A DNA stretch of 64,000 nt from Pseudomonadota bacterium. GTDB lineage: Bacteria; Pseudomonadota; Gammaproteobacteria; Steroidobacterales; Woeseiaceae. The stretch spans positions 8,113 to 72,112 of the forward strand of contig JADFHE010000008.1 of the NCBI GenBank assembly GCA_022567295.1. Direction: 5' to 3'. The notes under the pieces were generated by a model that was not told the origin of the DNA, ran no database searches, and saw only the letters and a list, made by a program, of their open reading frames with translations. A program made the translations under genes and the position numbers. Below are positions 8,863-16,289 of the stretch, piece by piece (the stretch's first letter is position 1; each line of letters opens with the position of its first letter).

Positions 8863-10230
8863 ATGACCGAGACAGATAAACAGGCGTCAAGCCGAAGCGC
8901 CCGCCTTTACCAGCGCGCGCTAGCTGTCATGCCCGGAGGTTGCAGCCGCAACACCGTGTTGCGCAGGCCACATCCGTTATACGCTGCTCACGGCGAGGGT
9001 TGTTATCTAACGGATATCGAGGGTGTTACCCGCATCGACTTCGCCAATAACATGGCGTCGTTGATACACGGCCATGCACCGCCCGAGATAGTCGATGCCG
9101 TTACAGAACAACTGCATCGTGGCACCGGGTACACAATGGCGACCGAAGCTGAAATCTTGTTCGCCGAGCACATGTGCAACCGCGCGCCGGCATTCAAAAA
9201 GATCCGCTTCGTGAATTCAGGCACGGAGGCGATCATGAGCGCGGTGAAAGCATCACGTGCTTTCACCGGCCGCGCCAAGATTGCAAAGGTGGAAGGCGCT
9301 TACCACGGCCAGTACGACTATGCCGAAGTCAGCCAGAACCCCGGGCCAACCAATTGGGGTGCCCTTGATTCACCATCCAGTGTACCGGTCGCCTACGGCA
9401 CTCCGGCGTCAGCACTCGACGATGTCGTCATCATTCCGTTTAACGACCCGGACCGGGCGATTGCGATTCTCGAACAACACGCGAAGCATCTTGCGTGTGT
9501 TCTCGTCGACCTGATGCCGCATCGCGTGGGATTAATTTCGGCCGAGCCGGAATTCGTGACAAGACTTCGCCAGTGGACGCGCAGTAATGATGTGCTGCTC
9601 GTATGCGATGAAGTCATCACATTTCGATGTGATTATGGCGGCGCACAGGCGTCATACGACATCGAGCCTGATTTGACGGCGATGGGAAAAATGATTGGTG
9701 GAGGATTCCCGGTTGGCGCACTGGCCGGCAGTGACGCAGTGATGAGCGTGATGGATCCACTGGCGGATAAAATACTGTTTCCGCACTCGGGTACATTCTC
9801 TGCGAACCCAGTCACGATGACAGCGGGACGAATCGCAATGGAACTGTTTGACCAGGCGGCGATCGACCGACTGAATGATCTGGGTGAGAAAGCGCGAGGT
9901 GCGATCGAGGAAGCAATTCGAGCGGCCGATGTTCCAGCGTGCGTAACAGGAACCGCGTCGATGTTTCGCATTCACATGAAGCCGAACCCACCGCGCAACT
10001 ATCGTGAAGCGTACGACGTGGCCAACGAAGATATTTTGCGCAGAGAGTTCCTGGACTACGCGTTGGCTAACGGCATTCTTCTTGTCGGTACCTGCACAGG
10101 CATGTTATCCACGGCGATGACCGGCAAAGAAATTGACCGTCTTGCTGAGGTCGTCGAGGGTGCGTTCAGAAAGATCGGACCCGCGTTGAGCGTCAAGAGC
10201 CATGTTGATAAAACGCGGTCATCGCTCTGA
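8863..10230 (+). CDS. Class-III PLP aminotransferase of the glutamate-1-semialdehyde aminomutase-like subgroup
   Basis: 455 aa; VNSGTEAIMSAVKASRAFTGR, CDEVITFR and LTAMGKMIGGGFPVGA (PLP lysine) match the GSAM-like subgroup. Confidence 0.8.
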   Translation: MTETDKQASSRSARLYQRALAVMPGGCSRNTVLRRPHPLYAAHGEGCYLTDIEGVTRIDFANNMASLIHGHAPPEIVDAVTEQLHRGTGYTMATEAEILFAEHMCNRAPAFKKIRFVNSGTEAIMSAVKASRAFTGRAKIAKVEGAYHGQYDYAEVSQNPGPTNWGALDSPSSVPVAYGTPASALDDVVIIPFNDPDRAIAILEQHAKHLACVLVDLMPHRVGLISAEPEFVTRLRQWTRSNDVLLVCDEVITFRCDYGGAQASYDIEPDLTAMGKMIGGGFPVGALAGSDAVMSVMDPLADKILFPHSGTFSANPVTMTAGRIAMELFDQAAIDRLNDLGEKARGAIEEAIRAADVPACVTGTASMFRIHMKPNPPRNYREAYDVANEDILRREFLDYALANGILLVGTCTGMLSTAMTGKEIDRLAEVVEGAFRKIGPALSVKSHVDKTRSSL

Positions 10231-11629
10231 AGAGCATGTGAACGTCAACTTTCGAACTCACCGAATAGGTAGAATGTATCGACAACACCGGCACACCGTA
10301 GTCGATCACTTCCATATTGTGCTTTGACAGTGAACTGCCGATCGTGCCACCCGACGCCCGGCCTTTATAAGTCGCGGTCTGCCACGCAATACCGGCATCG
10401 TCAAAGTACGCTCGAGTCCAGGCTATGTATTCTGAATTCGCGTTGAAACCGCCACCGTACAACTTGAAGTTGACGCCATGTCCGAGTCGCGGCGCATTGC
10501 CGGCCTCCCAGACCTCAGGCCAGGTTGGATGGATGCCTGGGTTGACGTCGGCCGACACAACTTTTGTTTTGCGCAGCGCTTGCCGCAATTCATAATCGCT
10601 ATAGGCGTCACCGAGCTGACGATGAATGAGCTCACTCATCAGATCAACGAGGTAGGTCGAGCTGGCACCGGTATTGTTCACATTGCCAACCTCTTCGTTG
10701 TCCACGAGGAAAGCGAGTGACGTGTACTCAGGTGTCCCCTGCTCCATAATTGCGCGCATTGCGGCGTACGATGACAGCTTGTCGTCCTGTCCGTAGATAG
10801 CCATTAAACTTCTGTCCAGGCCGACGTCCCTCGGCGCCATCGCCGGCACGAGCGCGAGCTCTGCTGATACGAAATCCTGCTCTTCAATTCCGTATTCGTC
10901 AGCAAGATAGGCGAGCACGGCATTCGATATCGAATGCTCCGCATCCGGTAGGGTCGCAATGATCGGATCCAGCTCTTCTCCACCAATGACATCTCGATTC
11001 ATGCGCTCGCGAAAATCATGATCGACGTGCGGGGACAAATCAGGAATGATCAGGATCGGATCCTCAGGATCGAGGCCAACCGATATCTCGACACGTGTGC
11101 CATCTTTTTTATCAACGTGACCGACCAGTGCCAACGGCAAATTGACCCATTGGTAGTTCTTGATACCGCCGTGCTGGTAGGTCTGAAAAAGCGCGAATCC
11201 CTCGGCCTCATAGAGCGGCCGCCCCTTCAGTTCGAGTCGCGGCGAATCAATGTGCGCACCAACAACCCGAAATCCGTCTGTAAAGCGTTTTTTGCCGGCG
11301 ACGATCAAGGTAATTGTGCGGCCCCGATTGACGTCGTAGTACCGGCCTCCTGGACGAATAACACGGTCAGACGTCAATTCACGAAATCCGGCTGCCTCAA
11401 CAATTTTTACGGCTTCAGAAACAAAGCTCATCTCAGTCTTTGCCCGGCTCATGAAGTCTTTGTAACTCTCGGCGAATACCAGTACCGCTTTGCGCTCTTT
11501 TAACGACAGGCTGACCCACGCCGGTGGCGGCCCTGTATCTTCGTCTCCCTGAGCACTGACGATGCCAGGAGAAGTCCCCGCCAGCGTCGCGAAAAGTATA
11601 ATTAACATTAAGCGATTACTAATAATCAT
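10193..11629 (-). CDS. M18-family aminopeptidase, exported
   Basis: 478 aa; signal peptide MIISNRLMLIILFATLAGTSPGIVSAQ; GAHIDSPRLELKGRPLY and the C-terminal IHSTYS motif are typical of M18 aminopeptidases. Confidence 0.75.
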   Translation of the reverse strand: MIISNRLMLIILFATLAGTSPGIVSAQGDEDTGPPPAWVSLSLKERKAVLVFAESYKDFMSRAKTEMSFVSEAVKIVEAAGFRELTSDRVIRPGGRYYDVNRGRTITLIVAGKKRFTDGFRVVGAHIDSPRLELKGRPLYEAEGFALFQTYQHGGIKNYQWVNLPLALVGHVDKKDGTRVEISVGLDPEDPILIIPDLSPHVDHDFRERMNRDVIGGEELDPIIATLPDAEHSISNAVLAYLADEYGIEEQDFVSAELALVPAMAPRDVGLDRSLMAIYGQDDKLSSYAAMRAIMEQGTPEYTSLAFLVDNEEVGNVNNTGASSTYLVDLMSELIHRQLGDAYSDYELRQALRKTKVVSADVNPGIHPTWPEVWEAGNAPRLGHGVNFKLYGGGFNANSEYIAWTRAYFDDAGIAWQTATYKGRASGGTIGSSLSKHNMEVIDYGVPVLSIHSTYSVSSKVDVHMLFRAMTAFYQHGS

Positions 11630-11659
11630 TGAAATTCCTAAAGTTTCTTTTTACTGTTT

Positions 11660-12595
11660 CTAATATCCAGCGTCAAAATCGACAACGTATTTGAGCGCTC
11701 GCTGGCTGGTGTAACGGCGATAGTTATCGATGAATATTGGTACGATGAGCGATGGATGACTCACTGCTGCAACATGAGCCGTAATCGATAAATTGGGGGT
11801 ATCCCAAAGAGGGCTGTTCTGCGCTAAGGGTTCCTCGTCAAATACATCCAGTGCGGCGCCTGCCAACCTATCGTTTTTCAACGCATCGATCAGTGCTCCC
11901 TCATCAACGACATTGCTGCGGCCGACATTGATCAAATAGGAATGTGCAGGAAGTTTCGCCAGTGATGCGGCGTCAAGCAGGTTGTCTGTATCGGCGGTTT
12001 GAGGAAGGGCTGCAATAAGATAATCGATCCCTTCCAGGAAATCGTGTAGTCGACCAATCGGCGTTACTTTTTCAAAACCTGGCGCAGGCGCGCCCGAACG
12101 ACTCAAGCCGGTCACTGTTGCACCGAAGTGATGCGCCGTTTTCGCAATGTGCTGGCCGATAGAACCCGTTCCCATAATGCCGAGACGTTTCCCTCGCAGC
12201 ATGCCTGAGTCTGCATTGAACCAGTTGTGCTCACGCTGTTCATTCATGCGCTGCACCACTTTCAATTCGTGAGCTAACATATAGCCAATAACGTATTCCG
12301 ACATCTGTGGTCCGAACACATCCTTGATGCCCGTCAATACGTAATCACGGCGATCAAGCGCCAACAGGGGTGTGACTCCTGCCCAGGAGGACTGGACCCA
12401 ATCGACCGCAGACATTTCAGGCAGTATCTCCGCAATCATATCGGGGTTGCCGAAGACTACCGACTCGTCCGTGTAATCGACGAGTGCCTGTGCCGCGGAG
12501 GTGCAGGCTTTGATTGCTATCGGGATATCAGCAAGGCGAGCGACCTCCTCGGCAAGCTCTTCCGCATTGGCAGTGACTATCAGGCAATCCGGCAT
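11660..12595 (-). CDS. D-isomer-specific 2-hydroxyacid dehydrogenase family, NAD-binding
   Basis: GIMGTGSIGQHIA Rossmann motif; INVGRSNVVDEGALIDAL and LDVFDEEPL motifs. Start taken at MPDCLIV; the ORF track extends to 12643. Confidence 0.8.
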   Translation of the reverse strand: MPDCLIVTANAEELAEEVARLADIPIAIKACTSAAQALVDYTDESVVFGNPDMIAEILPEMSAVDWVQSSWAGVTPLLALDRRDYVLTGIKDVFGPQMSEYVIGYMLAHELKVVQRMNEQREHNWFNADSGMLRGKRLGIMGTGSIGQHIAKTAHHFGATVTGLSRSGAPAPGFEKVTPIGRLHDFLEGIDYLIAALPQTADTDNLLDAASLAKLPAHSYLINVGRSNVVDEGALIDALKNDRLAGAALDVFDEEPLAQNSPLWDTPNLSITAHVAAVSHPSLIVPIFIDNYRRYTSQRALKYVVDFDAGY

Positions 12596-12611
12596 AGCGA
12601 AATCACTGGCA

Positions 12612-14663
12612 TCACTCCGACCCGGTCCCCAGGTAGCGGGCATACCACTCGATCATGCGCTCCAGTCGATCCTGAATGTAGCTCGGCTTGGAGAGGCCAT
12701 GGTTCTCACCCGGATAGATCACCAGCTGCGTCGGTACGTTCAGACTGCGCAGTGCCTGATACATCTGCTCCGAGTTGATCAGCGGCACGTTAAAGTCCAG
12801 CTCTCCACACATGAACAGGGTTGGGGTCTCGATGCGATCGGCGTGCAGGAACGGATACGACAGCTTGAGATAGGACTCGGGTGATTCCCACGGCAGACCG
12901 AGCTCATTCTCATACACCCGGATATACTGATCAGTGCCGTAGCCCGCGATGTAGTTCGAGGCCGACGCACCGGAGACCGCCGCCGCGAAGCGAGTGTCGG
13001 TCGCAATGGCGAAATTGGTATTGATACCGCCGTAGCTCCAGCCGCCGATGCCCAGCCGCTCGGGATCGGCCAGGCCCTCCTCGACCAGCTTATCCATCAC
13101 TGCGTGGATGTCCTGAATTTCCAGGCCTCCCCAATCCGCATAGATCGCCCGGGAAAACTCGCGGCCACGACCTGAGCTACCCCGGTAGTTAGGGTTAACC
13201 ACGAGGTAACCCTGTGCCGCCAGCATCTGGGAAATGGTATCGAATTCGTAGCCGTCCTGCCCCACGGGTCCGCCGTGCACATAAGCAATCGTTGGGTACC
13301 TGACGCCGTCACGATAACCCGGCGGCTTGAGCAGCATCGAGCCGACCATGACGCCGTCTTTGCTTACGGCGTCGAAGCTTTCGACCGTCGCCCAGTCGAT
13401 TGACTCGCGCAGCTCCCTGTTGTGATCGCTGAGCGCCTTGCCGTCGTTCGCCCGATAGATCTCTGCGGGCCGCTGACCGAATGTCGTAACTGCGACCACA
13501 CCGTTATGACCGATGGCGAATGACCTTACGACGCCTGGCACAGTGTCAGCCGGATAGGCTCGCTCGACGTTGCCGCCTTCGGACGGCACACTCGCCAGCG
13601 TCTGAGTACGATCGTCGGCGACCAGGAAATGCAGCGTCTTACCATCGGGCGACCACCGCGGTGACGATATATTGCGGTCCAACTCACTGGTTGGCAAAAA
13701 AGGCTCGCCGCCTTTAACCGATATCACAGCGATCTGGCTTGGATCGTAACCCGAATACTTGGGTGGCCCGTCTTGCAGATAGGCAATCTGCCTGCCATCC
13801 GGACTGAACACAGGGTTGCTGTCCGGTCCCTCCCAGGTAGTCACCTGGCGGGCCAACGCGTTCGCAGACGTTTCGATGACATAGATATCGCTGTTCTCGT
13901 GCCGGTCCGGATCACCCTGACGTTTGCTGCTGAAAGCGATGATGTCGCCGTCCGGCCCCCAGGCAGGCTGGGTACTGTCGTACGAACCTGGGGTCAGAAG
14001 TGACGCTTCCCGTGATTCCAAGTCAAAGACATACAGTCGCTGATAGCGATCGCCCAGGTAGCCCAGACCATCCTGTTTGAATTGGTAGCGATCGATGACA
14101 ATCGGCTTCGGCGTGTCGTGTGAAACGGTTTCGGTCTCTGCAGCGTCTTCTTCCTGCTCCTCGGGGTCCCTGGAAACCAGCACGAGACGCGTGCTGTCCG
14201 GAGACCACTCGAAGCTCGACACGCCGCCCGGCATCTCTGTCAGGCGCTCCGCGTCACCGCCAGAACGGTTCAGGCGCCAGACCTGGCTTTTCCCCTTGGG
14301 GTCATCGGACTCGTCTGACTTTCCGTCACCGCGTGCGGCAACAAATGCGAGGTATTTTCCATCGGGACTGAACCGTGGATGTCCTTCGCCACTGTCCTCG
14401 GTGTGCGTCAGCTGGATGCGTGTCGATCCGTTCCAGTTGACCATGAATAAATCCGAGGTACTCTCATCCTTGTCGACGTTCGTCGTACCCACCCGGTATG
14501 CGATCCACTCACCATCGGGAGAAATCGCAATGTCACCGACGTGCTTGATCCGATGCACGTCTTCGGGCTGAAACAGCCGACGCTCGACGTCCTGTGCCAG
14601 GACACTGCCGGAAATCAATCCGGCGAACAAGAAGCCGGATAGGGTGTTTGCCGAGCAATTCAT
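12612..14663 (-). CDS. S9-family serine peptidase (prolyl oligopeptidase/dipeptidyl peptidase type) with N-terminal beta-propeller, exported
   Basis: 683 aa; signal peptide; repeated SPDG propeller motifs; nucleophile motif GGWSYGG; C-terminal HG. Confidence 0.85.
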   Translation of the reverse strand: MNCSANTLSGFLFAGLISGSVLAQDVERRLFQPEDVHRIKHVGDIAISPDGEWIAYRVGTTNVDKDESTSDLFMVNWNGSTRIQLTHTEDSGEGHPRFSPDGKYLAFVAARGDGKSDESDDPKGKSQVWRLNRSGGDAERLTEMPGGVSSFEWSPDSTRLVLVSRDPEEQEEDAAETETVSHDTPKPIVIDRYQFKQDGLGYLGDRYQRLYVFDLESREASLLTPGSYDSTQPAWGPDGDIIAFSSKRQGDPDRHENSDIYVIETSANALARQVTTWEGPDSNPVFSPDGRQIAYLQDGPPKYSGYDPSQIAVISVKGGEPFLPTSELDRNISSPRWSPDGKTLHFLVADDRTQTLASVPSEGGNVERAYPADTVPGVVRSFAIGHNGVVAVTTFGQRPAEIYRANDGKALSDHNRELRESIDWATVESFDAVSKDGVMVGSMLLKPPGYRDGVRYPTIAYVHGGPVGQDGYEFDTISQMLAAQGYLVVNPNYRGSSGRGREFSRAIYADWGGLEIQDIHAVMDKLVEEGLADPERLGIGGWSYGGINTNFAIATDTRFAAAVSGASASNYIAGYGTDQYIRVYENELGLPWESPESYLKLSYPFLHADRIETPTLFMCGELDFNVPLINSEQMYQALRSLNVPTQLVIYPGENHGLSKPSYIQDRLERMIEWYARYLGTGSE

Positions 14664-14802
14664 GCTGACTCCTCTGACCCTCGCATTGACCGGGTACCAA
14701 AATGAACGCGCCGGCCCGAAGCCGACGCGTTATCCTAGCAGCCTTACAACGATTTAATCGAAGTTTAGCGAAAGGATCAGGAAGTAGCGACGCGCCAACC
14801 AG

Positions 14803-15053
14803 TCATATTGTGAGTAGCAAGCCACCTGTGCCTTGATGGGTCAGCCGCGGCGGTAGCTCATCCAGGACATTTGCAACACCCAGCCTCGCCGTCAGTCCGA
14901 AATCTTGTAACCCTGTTCCGTGACCAGCGCCACTGCATCCTGCTTGAAATCTTCCGTGTAATTGCTTCGATTTCTCTTTTCTGTTGTCATCGTTCACCTC
15001 GTTATGGCAGTTTACCGCCTCAACTCGGTGTCCGAATTTAGTAGATCACTTCA
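14803..15053 (-). mobile_element. Relic of an IS3-family insertion sequence (left inverted repeat plus frameshifted OrfA N-terminus)
   Basis: The minus strand reads TGAAGTGATCTACTAAATTCGGACACCGAGTTGAGG (an IS3/IS911-like IRL starting 5'-TGAAGTG), then GAGG-N7-ATG. The ORF gives MTTEKRNRSNYTEDFKQDAVALVTEQGYKISD, hits a stop, and continues in the +1 frame as LTARLGVANVL (HTH of IS3 OrfA). No OrfB follows. Confidence 0.6.
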
Positions 15054-15163
15054 TTGCGCGAAATCGGCTCGCTGGATTCAGGTGTCACTGTCGGTCTGGA
15101 AAGTCTGCTCGGGACTTGACATTGCCTTGCGTATAGCCCCCTTTTGGGTGCGAAGGATCAACA

Positions 15164-16207
15164 ATGAAAAAATATGTGCTCTCGTTTCTTATCGCGCTTA
15201 CCACCACGCAGCCGGTATTCGCGGAATCGTTTGTAGTCGGCACGGTCGAAGCACAACGCGGTCATCAGTCCTCCGGATACCTGAATGTTCCGCCAGGAAT
15301 CGATGCAGGCACTATGATTCCGATTACTGTTGCACATGGGAGTGGCGATGGTCCCACACTGGCATTGATTGCTGGTACACATGGTTACGAGTACCCAGGC
15401 ATTACGGCTTTACAGCGAATCCGCAAGTCGCTGGATCCGGGCGAACTCAGCGGAACTATTATTATGGTGCACATCGCCAACGTACCGTCCTTTCTGGGTC
15501 GCACCATTTACTACAGCCCGGCGGATGGCAAGAATCTGAATCGCGTGTATCCAGGTGACCCCGAGGGTTCGCTCAGCCAACGAATCGCGCACACTATCAC
15601 GCAGGAAGTCATCGAAAAGGCGGACTACCTGATTGATCTGCACGCGGGCGACGGCAATGAGTTATTACGGCCATACGTGTACATGCCACTGACCGGTGAG
15701 ACAGAACTCGATGCCGCTGCAAAAGGGCTCGCAATGTCTTTTGGTCTGGATCACATCGTCATCGACGAAGCTCCTCTTCGTTCGATAGACGACTCGCTGT
15801 ATACCGATCAGACCGCACTGGTGAGAGGTATTCCCGCAATTACGACGGAAACGGGACAGATGGGATCGAACGACGATTATTGGGTCGACATGGCGGAAGC
15901 CGGCATCTGGAACGTGCTGCGGCATCTGAAGATGATACCGGGAGCCGAAGAAATCAACGAGGGTATTACCTGGCTAATCGACTACCAGGTTGTTCGCAGC
16001 CCGCAGGATGGTATTTTTCGGGCCGCAGTCAGGGATGGCTATACCATAGCGAAGGGTGCCACGCTGGGCGTTCTTGTGGATTTCTTCGGCGACGAAATTC
16101 AGGAAATTCGGGCGCCGTTCTCTGGTGTCGTCAACTATGTGATTGGAACGCCGCCAGTCAGCGAAGGCGAGCCCGTAGCGATGATCAGCCGAATTCAGCC
16201 AGATTAG
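15164..16207 (+). CDS. Succinylglutamate desuccinylase/aspartoacylase (AstE/AspA, M14-like) family protein, exported
   Basis: 347 aa; signal peptide MKKYVLSFLIALTTTQPVFA; GTHGYEYPG and DLHAGDGNE metal-site motifs. Confidence 0.7.
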   Translation: MKKYVLSFLIALTTTQPVFAESFVVGTVEAQRGHQSSGYLNVPPGIDAGTMIPITVAHGSGDGPTLALIAGTHGYEYPGITALQRIRKSLDPGELSGTIIMVHIANVPSFLGRTIYYSPADGKNLNRVYPGDPEGSLSQRIAHTITQEVIEKADYLIDLHAGDGNELLRPYVYMPLTGETELDAAAKGLAMSFGLDHIVIDEAPLRSIDDSLYTDQTALVRGIPAITTETGQMGSNDDYWVDMAEAGIWNVLRHLKMIPGAEEINEGITWLIDYQVVRSPQDGIFRAAVRDGYTIAKGATLGVLVDFFGDEIQEIRAPFSGVVNYVIGTPPVSEGEPVAMISRIQPD

Positions 16208-16246
16208 ATAACGTCAGACGGCCGGGATTTCGGTTTAAAACCCACA

Positions 16247-16281
16247 AAGAACGGGGCCGGATAAATCCGGCCCCGTTTTTG
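16247..16281. terminator. Bidirectional rho-independent terminator
   Basis: Perfect 11-bp stem AACGGGGCCGG / CCGGCCCCGTT with loop ATAAAT. It is followed by TTTTT and preceded by an A-rich tract, and sits between convergent genes. Confidence 0.8.
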
Positions 16282-16289
16282 TGAATCGA

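Noticed and set aside
10193-10230. Convergent 3'-end overlaps: aminotransferase/M18 38 nt, tricorn/pip 28 nt, 30831-30838 8 nt and 53443-53446 4 nt. I considered them as deliberate antisense regulation.
   Set aside because: Such overlaps are common in compact genomes, and nothing in the sequence (such as a conserved structure) indicates function.
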